Shown here: piece after piece, positions 50,601-62,500 of the stretch
Position numbering within the stretch: the stretch's first letter is position 1
How the letters are laid out: every line of letters begins with the position of its first letter
NCBI GenBank assembly: GCA_051294375.1
Contig: CM119271.1
Coordinates: 15,940,770-16,004,769 of the forward strand
Direction: 5' to 3'
From: Paraspadella gotoi
Lineage: Eukaryota > Animalia > Chaetognatha
Length of the DNA: 64,000 nucleotides
Position numbers and translations under genes: made by a program
Notes under the pieces: model-generated
The model's database searches: none
Told to the model about the DNA's origin: nothing
The model's input: only the letters and a program-made list of their open reading frames with translations

Positions 50601-51389
50601 GGACATCACCACTCCAAGGACAAAGGGGAAAAGGGAGCGGGGGACAAGGGTGGCGCCGATCGTAAAGACAAGGACAAAGGAAAAGCCGGCGACGAGAATC
50701 ATCTCTCCAACGACTTTTTCGGCGGCTTTCACGGACGCAAGAAGGACAAAGGAGGCGGCGGAGGCGGTGGAGGTGGACGCGGTTCCAACAGCAACGCTAG
50801 TCAAAGTTCGGGCGCAGTCGGCAACGCGGCCAATTCAACGTCAAGCAAGCCCGGCCACAACAACGACAACAACGAAGAGGACGAAACTGTTCGACTCCTC
50901 GGCACGCCCTCTTGCCCGAGGCTTGAGGATCTCCACATCCTCGAGCCTCTTATCTGCAAGAAGATCGCCCACGAGCGATTGACGGCGCTCTGCTTCAGAG
51001 AGGACTGCCTCGTCACCGCCTGTCAGGAAGGGTTCGTCTGCACCTGGGCCAGGCCGGGGAAGGTCAACTTCGGCACGCAGCAGCAGCAGTTCTCTCCCCA
51101 GCAGCAACAACAGCCGCCTCCTCAGTGCCAAAGTCCGCAACTTCCCTCTCACCATCACCTTCATCACAACCAGGAGCAGCAACAGCAACAGCCGCAGCAG
51201 CAGCAAAGAGGGTCGCCGCAGACGGCGGCGCCTCCGCCCTCCCATCCTGCGCATTCCATTGGCAACATGTCGTCGACGAGTCACTTGCCTCAGCCCCATC
51301 ATCATCATCATCATCATCATCACCACCATTCCACGCATAATGAACATTCGATTTACAATAGACTTCAGTGTAGGGAAGTCATCGACTGA
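47657..51389 (+). CDS. WDR20: WD repeat protein 20 / DMWD family (USP12/46 activator), ~871 aa, 8 exons (47657-47733, 47806-47976, 48166-48373, 48531-48662, 48736-48874, 49162-49606, 49846-49978, 50079-51389)
   Basis: [103 protein letters not shown]. Probable 5'-UTR intron 47435-47648. Confidence 0.95.
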
Positions 51390-53681
51390 TTCCACTTTTT
51401 TAGATTAATTGATTTAAAAAGTAATGAAATTAAATATCTACTACGGCTATTGCATCTTGGTCAGTTAATGGATGGGGGGAGAATGTCTGATGATTTAATG
51501 TGTGGGTGGGTAAAATGATCAGTGAGATCATAAGAGGGATGGGATAGTTTGGTATCGATTGAGATTATTTAGTGATCAATAGGGAGTGATATTTCGGAAT
51601 AGCATTTTCGGGAGGAAAACGTGTAAGAAAGTTTTAAAGGGAGGGAATGGAAAAGCCAATTTGAGAAGTGAATGCTATGAACGAATGACCCATTAATGCT
51701 TTCATTTGGTCTCTTTTTCTTTTTAAATCGAATTTTGTCAGATGAAATAGAAGTCGCGTAACCGGTTGGTAAATTACCTTAGACCGATTCGAGCCTTACC
51801 GATTAATCAAGCCGACTCTTGAATTTCATAATCGATCAAAGATTCCACTGGTTAAAGAATTTTAAACAATTTTTAGTTGAGAAGAACCCAAGATTCGTCT
51901 AGTCGAGCCATGTATAATTGTATACGGTCTTTGGTCAATGATTGAATTTAGTCCAAAAGATTTGAGATGACCTGAAAGAGTCGACTGACTTCCCTACTTG
52001 ACTGCCTCTCGCTCTATCGCGTTTCTTTTTGAGTCAGAAGCGCGAAGGCGACGGGATGCAATTTTGTGTAACTGTTTTAGGTCAATTCTTTTTATTCATT
52101 AAAGTAGTGAAACACTTTGTAGTGGCACGATTTGTGGAAAAAATAAAAGTTTTTAAAAAAAAGCTAAACCAACGAGGAAGATTTTAATTTGAGCTCGATC
52201 GGAATCGTTTGTCAGCCACAGATTTTTTTCTTCTTAAGTTTCCCTTTCATTTATAAATAAAATATTTAAAATACGGTTTTGCTTAAAATAAAACAAAATT
52301 GGGGTCAAGAATTTTTAAATTTGATTTGATTGCTGACAATTTTTCCAGTGCTTATTTTAATTAAAATTCTTTTGTGCCATCGATTTATTTATCAGTCTCT
52401 TTTCTCTCTCAAGAATTGTTTTCTTTACTTTTTCGCGAAAAATGAAATATCGGGCAACGTGATTTTTCCCACTTTTTAGCATGATTTTTAATGTTAAAAC
52501 TGACATATTTTAGTTGTATCGCTAATCATTTTTTTGCTTTAGGATTTTTGTTGATATCTCTTCTTTATATTATTATTTTGCAATGAAATTTTTTTTTAAA
52601 TAAAAATTTTAAGAACGGTTAATGGGGGGGATTTGATAGACATTTTACAAAGAAACTGTTAAATATTTTCAGGCACAACATATTTGATTCTTTGAAAATA
52701 ATTTTTTTTGTCGCAAAACAATTTGATGATTTTTTTGGTCTTTTTTTCCTGCTGATTATATTTTGTTTTCTAAACTATTGTTCCTTCGTAATTCTTTAAA
52801 TTTTGGTCCTATTTTTCTTTTCATTATTATCATTATTATTATTATATTTATTTTTCTTATACAAATAAACCAACAAATACCATGTGGCATTTTTCACCTG
52901 TGATAAAAAAGATTTAAGAAAGACGACAAGAGAGCGAGTTAAATCTGCTCTTGGTTAGATGACTTGGAATCCAATTTATTTTTCAATAACTAAACGAGTA
53001 ATATTGTCTTTTGCTCCTTTTTACTTCTAATTTACCGTTATAAATGTACGGTTGGCTCGGATAATTCTCGGGGTAACCAAATACACAATTGATGCAATAG
53101 AAATTCTAAAGAATATGAACAAAACTTAAATTGGTTAACGAATAATACATAGTTTGAAAATTGACTGGAATTACATTTTTTTAATGTTTTTTAACGCGAT
53201 AAAAACATTTTGCTTTATACAGTTCAATCGTCTTTCTTCCGTACGAAAAAAAAATAATAAAATAAGGTTTTACTGTAATATTGAATAAATTATATATTCT
53301 CATTAAATGGTCGGTGCCGGTTTTTAATAATTTGATTTTTTTTCCGTTAAACGATTTTCTCCACTTTTTCTATCAACTTTTTTTTGTTTCAAAACAAAGA
53401 ACGTTTTTCCCTCTCTCCCCCTTTCTCTCTCTCTCTTTAGCGTTACTACATTACATACGTGAACGTTTTAACCGATTTCTTGTAAAATGCAAATTAGAAA
53501 AAAAAAATTTCGTTGTTGTTGTTGTTCGGAGGACGCGTGATTTTTTTTTTTTGGTCAATTTCTGGTTGCATTTTCTTTATTTCTTTTTTCCCCCCGAGTT
53601 GGTGAGGAGTTGAAACGGCGTTGGGGGCGGGAAGGAAGTTTTCTTTCAGTCGTTAAATTCGCCTCTTAATTTAGTTCAGTT

Positions 53682-54346
53682 ATGTTCTATAAAAGAAGCC
53701 CCGTCAGCGGGCGCGTCGTAGCGGCGGACGCCAACGCCTACAATCCCGCCGCGTTTCAGGATGGAAACGTCCCAGGTTCGTTGATGGAATGGAGACGTTG
53801 AAATCGAACCCCACAGTTACCTATCCTATGAGGACGTCCGTTAACCGCCTTGGGGGCCTGGAAAACTCTCAATCTTGGTTTCAAGCCCATGACCCTTTGC
53901 ATTGCTACCGAGAAAGAAGATACTGACAGTAGCATTATCCACTGATTATTTACTTATCATAATTAAAATTTATAATTAAATCCTGACAGAGAGCAAATTT
54001 CGGTTCGGATTCCCGACGCCGATCGTCAGCGATGGAAGCAAAGAAGTCGCGTCTTCCGTCGCCGCCGCCGCAATTCCCAAAAGACTTCAGAAGACGAGGG
54101 AGTTGCAGGTGAAAAGCGGAGGGGATTGGGAAAGACGGTAGGACAGACAGACAGACAGACCAATTACGGGCTCCCATTTTCCATTCCATCCTACAGCGAC
54201 TCTTTTTGCTCGAAGACGGAATCCCGGTTCACTTGAAACGCGGCGCCAGGGACGTGATCCCCTACAGACTGACTCTCGCATTGTCCGGAGTCGGGATGGT
54301 CTACTTTTCTTACGCCTTGTACCGAATGGCTTATGGAATCAAATAG
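53682..54346 (+). CDS. COX7A2L: Cytochrome c oxidase subunit 7A-related protein (COX7A2L/SCAF1-like), ~120 aa, 3 exons (53682-53775, 53990-54108, 54197-54346); absent from the ORF track
   Basis: Spliced MFYKRSPVSGRVVAADANAYNPAAF..FGFPTP..ELQRLFLLEDGIPVHLKRGARDVIPYRLTLALSGVGMVYFSYALYRMAYGIK. It has the COX7A core (ELQ..F...DG.PV.LK.G..D...YR.T) and a COX7A2L-type N-terminal extension. Confidence 0.85.
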
Positions 54347-54723
54347 GAGCCGCAAAGAAAGGAGCAACTGCCAGGAGTTAACTGGAGCAGAGGAGATCGT
54401 CATGAAATAAAAAACGGATATGACGAATGAGGGAAAGTCTACACAACAAAATTACTAATTTAAATTATGGAACTTATGATTTTCTCGAATTCGGAAACAC
54501 GTTTTGTTTTGCCGAGATTTTGAAAGCCCAATAAGCCTCGGACCCTCGTCATCCCTTCCCCCTTACCCCCGGTATTGTATTTAAACATTTTCGCGATTCG
54601 ATTTTGTTTTTTGAAGTCGAAAACTTTTCATTATCGTTCGTCCGATTGAACGTTCGTCATTAGTTGCGCTCAGTTGTATGCAAGACGCTCGTCGGGACAG
54701 TTGCTTGAGCGTCGATTTTCGAG

Positions 54724-55901
54724 ATGGCGTCTCGCTTTAGTGTTGTGCGACCTTGGAAGTACGGCTATCACCCTCTCGTCCCTTACGTCTGGCAAAACAA
54801 ACACCCGCCGCTGCCGCCGTGGCAGAAGGGCGATCCGCAGCGCAGGATTCTCTTTCCCCTTTACACTATGAAGATGTTGAGACCGGAGGCGAGTTTAAAT
54901 TTAATGCAAAATAATTATTAATTAATAAATTAATGTATGTTTTTCCATCGCGATACCCAGATAAGCGTCCCCAAGAACCAAGTCCAGTTCGAATGCTCAA
55001 TGCAAATGAACCAACACGACGTGAAAAACTATTTGGAGCAAATCTACGATATCAAAGTTCATCACGTGAGACTCAAAATATTAAAGGGAGAATCACGAAT
55101 TCACGGCAAAAGTGAGTCGAAAAAAATGAGCCATAAAAACGAGCAATCGAGTTATGGTGAAGAATCCGATCCAAAATCTTACTGTTATGAAAATATAGTA
55201 GTAATTAGTAGTGAGAAATTAGCGAAAACAATATGAAAATAATTCCTTTTTACTTGACAAGCTCCGTTGTCAACTAATAACTTAGGTCTTCATCCATATC
55301 ACCAGATTAATAATCAGAGGAGGATTTAGCCTGTCGTCCAATTCTCCTCTTCCTCTTCTTCTTCTTTCTTCCTCCTCCTCCTCAATATATTTTGTCTAGC
55401 GATACATTCTCTCGTTTCTGTTCTTCGCGAAATATACCATTATTTTCCCTCTATTTCTTCACGCCTTCAATACCCCACAAGATAATAAACAAGCAAAACC
55501 CTGATGATATGAATAGTTATATATATAATAATTAAAATGATGTCATCTCAATTTTCTAAGAACCATGACCCTCGTAGTACAAGTAAATCGACGGGTTTTT
55601 ACCCGATCGCCAACAATTTTACCAATTAGCGATGACCAATCAAGGATTCCAAATTCCCAATCGTCCCCCCCTACTTCTTCCTATTGAAGGCAACTTCGAC
55701 ATCGGACGCCAACCCGACTTTAAATTAGCCTTCGTGACTTTGGCCGACGGAGAGACGTTCGAATATCCCAAGATTCTCCCTGAAGATGGCGACGTTGAAC
55801 TTTCGAAGGAAATGAAAGAATCGGAAATAATGAAGAAATACGACGAGTATCACAAACAACAGAAATGGGAGAAGGGGGGCGGTCCATCCTGGTTCACGTG
55901 A
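54724..55901 (+). CDS. MRPL23: Mitochondrial ribosomal protein L23 (uL23m), ~175 aa, 3 exons (54724-54888, 54961-55111, 55690-55901); first intron GC-AG
   Basis: PWQKGDPQRRILFP..MKMLRP, NQVQFECSMQMNQHDVKNYLEQIYDIKV..VR, PDFKLAFVTL..GETFEYP, C-terminal GGPSWF. Confidence 0.92.
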
Positions 55902-55993
55902 AACTCTTCTTAATGTATTGTTATATATTTAAAATTTGTCTTATTTTGTTGAGTTTATACGCAGTCTCAGTCTTGGAAAATTGAATTGCGAAG

Positions 55994-57065
55994 ATGCTAG
56001 CGAGATCCGTCGCTGGGACTTTGAGAATTTTGTGGGTCCGTGCCTCGGCCTCTTTTTCCTCGTCCTCGTCCTTCTCGGCCAAAGGAGCCGATCTCTCTCA
56101 TTTGATCCCTGAATCGGAATTGTCGGAGAGTTTCGTGACCGGGTCGGGTCCAGGGGGTCAAGCCGTCAACAAGGCGCGCAACGCCGTCTTCTTGAAGCAT
56201 CTCCCTACCGGTGAGAGAATTATTAGGATGCTGGGGAGGGGAAGGGTTCAACTGTTTATTTATAATTTATATTTTATTTATATTTTATATTTCCTTCGTG
56301 CCTCCGTTTGTTTTCAGGAATTTTCGTCAAATGTCACGAAACTCGCAGTTTGCAGGAAAATCGGGATTTGGCGCGAAAATATTTGGCCGAAAAGGTTTGA
56401 ATAATAAATTGAGATTCTTGGTGACTTTAATGACAATAACGATGCGTCGTTGTTAAGATCCGCACTTTCCATAAGAGGACCAACGCTACATCGATCGGTC
56501 CTTGAGTCTGAGTGCGAAAATCAAAAATCCCGTCGCCCGAATTTCGAAACTGACGAGCCCGCGTTTTGTGGCCTCCATTTTTTCGTTTCGATCGCTTCGT
56601 CTCTTGAGATTCTAGAGACGAGGTTTCTATCTGGCTTCACAACATTTTTTTGTGATTGGTGGAATTAATTCTCACGCTCAACTTTTCTATTTTCTTCTCC
56701 AACATCCTTCTCGTTACACTTAACCTTTTTCTTTGTTTCCTATTTGTATTTTCTCCTCTTAAATTCATCACATTTTTACCCCATACTAATTCTTTCTTTC
56801 ATTACTTTCTTTTTCAACTTTCTTTTTTTTTCTGGTTTCTATTGCTGTAACATTTTCTGCTTCTTCTTATTAAGAATCTTATTAAGAATCTTAATCCCCT
56901 CAGGTTGATTTCCACCTCCACGGAGACGACAGTCAACGAAGTTTAAAGGCGACGGAGATTCGAGAGAAGAAAATGGAGAGAAGAGAATCCGCCGTCAAGA
57001 ATCTGGAAAGAAAAGCGAAATTGAAGCGAAAACTTGATGAGAGCGAAAACGTGAACCAAGGATGA
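55994..57065 (+). CDS. MTRFR: Mitochondrial translation release factor in rescue (C12orf65), ~151 aa, 3 exons (55994-56210, 56318-56394, 56904-57065)
   Basis: Presequence-like N-terminus; [61 protein letters not shown] with the GGQ motif; basic C-terminal helix. Confidence 0.92.
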
Positions 57066-57676
57066 GGACAACAACAACAACGGTTGAAGAAATCCAAAGC
57101 GTTCCTCGAGGGAAAGGGGGGGGAAGTGTAGAAAGTCGTAGCAAGTCCGTAAAGACGTCGTGGACGGACGGACTGACGCACGGAAGGACTGGCGATCGAA
57201 GGATCTCGTCACGGCGGAAAAGAGGACAAAGACATTTAGATGAAGGCGAAGACATTCGTGAAAAAAAAATAAGAAAAAAAAATCACTGAATTTTGGCCAA
57301 AAGAAGTGAAAGATCGTGTGATCGTTAAATAAGCGGAACCAAATCCAACTTTTGGAAAAGTGAAATTGGAAAAGTAAAATCATCTCTTGTAAATTTTCAC
57401 GCGTCTGTGTTACTGTTTGTGATTTCAACTTTGGGGCTCTGAACTCTCCTTTCAATTTTAAACGAAATAAAAGTAAATAAAAATGAAAATCTATTTTTTT
57501 AGTATGATAGCAAGAATTAGGGAGATATTTTACTGAAGCATTTCAGTTCTTTCAATAGAGCAAACACGGAACTAAAGTAAAAAGTTAGAGAAAAATAAGA
57601 AAGCAGTCGAGTCTAAGTAAAATGACGAGTCGTCGATCGTAATCGATCAATCCTTACAAAGAAAACAATAGAAACG

Positions 57677-59209
57677 ATGTCGAGTCGAAACCTTCAATTC
57701 GTCCACTGCAACCGATGCCTCGTCCCGCTAAGCGCCCTCCCCACCGACTCCGCCCATCGTCCCTTCACCGTCACCAACTGCGGCCACATCTTCTGCGCGG
57801 GCTGCTTCGACAAAGGCTGCACCGACTGCTCCGTCTGCGGCAAAAGTGGCGTCCGCGGCGTCAGACTCGAAACGCCGCTGCCCGATTACGTCAAGAGACT
57901 CTTCTCAGATTTCCTGACAGAGTTTGAGGCGGAGAAGAAAGAGAGGGAAGGGAGGAATCAGCTCTTAACCTCGAGATTAAGTCAGGTGCGAGAATCTGAT
58001 TGGTTGAATGGAGGTTTTGAAGGATTGTGATTGGTTGATTGACAATTTTGAAGGATATTGGTTGGATGAATGAAGCTTTTTGAAGGATAGTGATAGGCTG
58101 AATTACGATTTTGAAGGATAGTGATTGGCTGATTGATGATTTTAAAGGATAAGGTTTAGAAGGATAAGGTTCGGATAAATGATTACTGAAAAGAGTAATG
58201 ATTGGTTAAATAACAATTTTGAAGGATAGTGTTTGGATAAATAATAATTTTAAAGAATATTGAATGGTTGAATGACGATTTCGAAGGATAAGGGAATAGG
58301 TAGGCGGGGCTTTACATTTTTAATGTATTTACGACCCAGCGGAGTGCTCTGACATAATTTATCATTTAATGTCATTCTTTCCATGAACACAACCTCGTGA
58401 CTTCAGGTCGCTCTGACCCTAAAGACCGCCTCCGACTCTTTAATCAAAATCGTAGAGGATCTCGGCTCCGCCTCCGAATCCCGCCGTTCCCTCCAGTCCG
58501 CCCGATTCCAGAGCGAGCAGTGGCGAAGTCTGGCCTCCGCCAACCTGCGCTCCTGGGAGAAAGCGAGAAAGGCGCGTGCCGAGGCCGACGCCCACAAGAG
58601 GCGCTACGAACAGTCGGTGCGCGAGAGCGAGGAAGAGCGGAATCGTCTCAACCGCGAGATTCGCCAGTTGATGGATCAGTTGAGCCGAGGGAGATCGACG
58701 GAGCACGTCGGCGCCTCGCCGCGCACCGTGGCGGCGCCGACGGCCTCGACCCGTCCATCGCCTCGTCGACCGGCGTCGTCGTCGCCGCGATTCTTCGACA
58801 TCACCGCTCGATCGCCTTTCTTCCGCAAGATCTCCGCCTCGGCCAAGTCGGTCGCAGAGGATCGATTTGATACGAGGAGAGCTCCGGAAAAGCAGCACCT
58901 CCAGGGGGTCGTCGGGATCGAAACGAATATTAGGATGACAAAGATTTATTTAATTTAAGAATAAATGGTTATATTTAATTCTAGTCCACTATAATATATT
59001 AATATATCCCTGGTTATTATTTGTCTTAATTCGTTTCGATCTTCTGACTTTAGCGTGAGGCGCCCTTCTCCGCCAAACGCAGCGCCAGTCCTTTCCAGTC
59101 TAGAGACGCGGCATCGAAGAAGCGATGCGAAGCCACGCCAGAAATATTTTCCGCAGATCCCGTCGGGTTCCAGTCGCCATTCTTTTCTAATAGAATTAAA
59201 AGGAAATGA
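57677..59209 (+). CDS. RNF212/Zip3/ZHP-like meiotic RING E3 ligase, ~321 aa, 3 exons (57677-57985, 58407-58907, 59054-59209; last exon less certain)
   Basis: N-terminal FVHCNRC..F.VTNCGHIFCAGC..C..C RING, then LPDYVKRLFSD, a coiled-coil region and an S/P/R-rich tail, which is the RNF212-family architecture. Confidence 0.72.
57995..58290 (+). repeat. ~31-33-bp minisatellite in intron 1 of the RING gene
   Basis: About nine degenerate units of GATTGGTTGAATGACGATTTTGAAGGATAGT. Confidence 0.8.
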
Positions 59210-59549
59210 GAAGGTAGAGACAGAGAGGCACGGCGCAGAACAGTATTTATTTATTCCCAAAACTGTTTTTATCTTTTATTAATCTTAATCAATTTTTACG
59301 TCATTCATCGTATTATTGAATGTTTTATTATTCCCACGCCTTTTTCAAATCTAACCGAGTTGACACAAAAATAATTTTCTCGTTCGATTATTTTTAGGAC
59401 TGTTAAAAATATAAAACGCCCCCCCTTTTAAGAAAATCGTAATTACGAAAAAAACCACAAACACTTGTATAAATAAAAAATAAGACTAAGAGCGAAGGAA
59501 AATGCGTTGAATCTTTTAAATGCTGACTTTTTAAAAGATCTTGACAAAA

Positions 59550-62500
59550 ATGGCGCATTGGTTTCATCGGAATCCCTTAAAGGCGACCGGGGTGGTGACC
59601 TTTGACCTCAGGGCCGTCGCCTCCACACCGGCGGCTGCGAAAATTACCAGTGAGTTTCGATTTGTTGCCGTTGGTTAGACGAGAAGGTTTAAAGTTTTCA
59701 CGTGGGAATGCAAAATCGAGGAATTATTGTTCAGGCGAACTTCGAATGACTCGTAACAAATTGATCGACATCGTGAAAGACCCAAACCTGGAAGTGGAGA
59801 CCCTCGAGACCGGAGTTCAGCAATATTTTTCTCTCCTACTCGGTCTCATTTTTCCTCCAAAAGGTCAGTTCTTCTTTTTCAGTTTTATAAGTGTAAGTTT
59901 TTCGTCTCATCCGCTTCCCCCCTTTTAAAAATCAATTTTCATATTGCAGTTTTAAGCAAATAATGTGTTATTACTTGATCTGTTTTCCTAAAAATCGATA
60001 AAAATTAAATTTCATCTTTTATGGTTGACTTGTCAATTATTAAATGTTATATTCTTCTAAATGTTGATATGCTTCATCTGTATTTAATGCTCGCCACATC
60101 TGAATATCTGTATGGATCATGATCATGACCATGTATAAAGAAAAACGTTTAATATGAAAATTTTTCTTTACTTTTCTGTCTTAATGTCATTATATCGTTT
60201 ATGAACGTTTGATGTTATACAGAAGGCTTCATATTATAAAATGTGGTACCCCTTTTTTGTGACCAGACCAGTTGTGATACAAATGGAACTATCGAGGCGA
60301 ATTTTTACATTCCACCCCTAAGCTGAGATAAGGGTCCCTGAGGGGGCAGCCCTGAAGGCCACAAATGGTCAAAAATTGTTTTCAAATTTTTTTCAAATTT
60401 TTGTTTTAAACAGTTGCACAGACGTTTACTATTCCACAAAAACGTATTTATTACCTCAAAAATATTCATTTACCTTAATTTTTAGCTTCATGAACATCAG
60501 CAGTTAAAGTCAGATTTGGAATAATTTGGGAAAATTGGAAGTAAAACGATGAACCATGCATCTTCAACCATGCTTAATTATTGCAAATTTATCAATTTTA
60601 GTTCTAAAATGTTTTTTTCTTATGTTTAAAACGTCAATGCACCTGATGCTACTAAAAATATTGGAAAAATAAAAAAAAATTTTTAACATTTTTGGCCCCC
60701 CAGGGGTCCACCCCAAGGGCCCTGTATCTCTTGTCAGGGGTTGAATATCAAAATTCGCCTCGATAGTTCCATTTATATAGTCATTAGCACTCTAAATGTA
60801 ATATTTCATTAAATTTGATTGGGTAGTTTGGTGGGAACAGATTCTGGTCACAAAAAAGGGGTACTACATTTTATAATATGAAGCCTTCTGTAGTTCTTTA
60901 GGAAATAATGTTTATATTTGTCTTTCGTTTTTCCTTAGTTTTATTTTTACTTTGTTATGGTTTTATAGTATTGATATCATTACTGTTTTTTATTGTGTTA
61001 ATATCGTTTTTGTTATTAATAAAAAAAATTAAAAAAACTTAATGTCTTCATCTATTGCCTTTTTATCATCAACGCAATTGTTTTCAGAATGGATAGTAAT
61101 CTTTCAGTCTCATACAGTCCTCTTTATACTAATTTGATCCTTACTATTATTGGTTTTGTTAAAATCGCTTTTGGTCATAAAAAAAGTCTTTGGTAACCAT
61201 AGGCGTCCAAGATTCCGGCGGCGACAGCAAATTACGATTCGCTTTTACTTTTCGATGGAACGATTCCTTGCAAAGCTACGACCAGGAGCCCACGTTAGTT
61301 GATTAGATTGATCATTTCGGGGCCGCGGTAGTTATTAGGCCTTTTAATAATTAATATACAAGCAGTGGATCCCGGAATCTTTACCAAAAATATTTTTCCC
61401 TCGAAGGAACTGCGATGACGCTCTCTTCGAGATTCTCAACATGTCCATCAACGTGGCGTTGTGGTACACCAAGCACGCCGCCAAGCTGGCCGGCGCTAAG
61501 GACGAGCCCTCCATGGACGAGGCCAAGGAGGTTCATCGCTGCCTCCGAAAGGCCGCAGGAATTTTCAAATACGTCAAGGAAAATGTGGGCCGTCTGCTGC
61601 AGGTGTATGGGAGGGACATGATCGATCGATCATCATCATCATCTTCTGAAGAGAGTTTGAAAGAGTTTTGTGCCATGTGAATTTGATAACTGTGATAACT
61701 TCAAAGATGAGTTCTGTCGGTCACCCAGTTACACTGAATTATTGCTGCTGTGATATGCGAATGATTCTAATGGACTCGTTCTCTAAATTAATTTTACTCT
61801 TCAATACATTTTTTTTAAGGTCGGAGAAAAGAATTCCGACCTGGACACGAGAGTTCTGACCGCCTACATGCACATGTGCACCGCCGAAGCGCAAGAAGTC
61901 ACTATCGCTCGCGCCGTCGCCATGAAGGTACTAAAACATTACTTAAATTCGTTAAAAAAATTACATTATTAACTTTTTTTTAAACGTTGAACTTTCAGCA
62001 CGCTCCGAGTCTGACCTCGGCCATCGCCTACGAGACCTCGAACATGTTCGGTCAGGCGGCCAAGTCGTTGGAGTCGCTCGACCAGGAGCTCTGCGCCAAG
62101 TGGCGTCATTATCTCTCGCTCAAGTCAAAGTTTTATCATTCCTTCGCCTTTTGCTATCAGGGCGAGGCTCTCCTCGCCGCCGACAAGGGCGGGGAAGCCA
62201 TCGCCTCTTTGAAGGAATGCAAGAAGCTCTACGAGGAGACGCAGGTTATCTCAGTTTTATGGCAACGGGAGGAATGCATGTGATACCCGGGGGCGCGGGG
62301 GAACTGCGGGGGGCTGCGGACCCTCAGTGACCGCCTCCTGTCACTCTCATATTTAAACCTTATTGAAAGTAAACCAAAAAAATTATGAGAAATAATCTAA
62401 TCAGCTTCAATATGCAAATGAGACTTAGGAACCACAACTAACTGCTTATTTCCCGCCCTTCCCCGTCATCTCACAGACGATCTGCAAGGAGTACCACCTG

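Noticed and set aside
54347-54430. Stop-codon readthrough extension of the COX7A2L-like gene
   Set aside because: The frame stays open for under 30 codons, the stop context (TAG G) is not readthrough-prone, and family homology ends at the stop.
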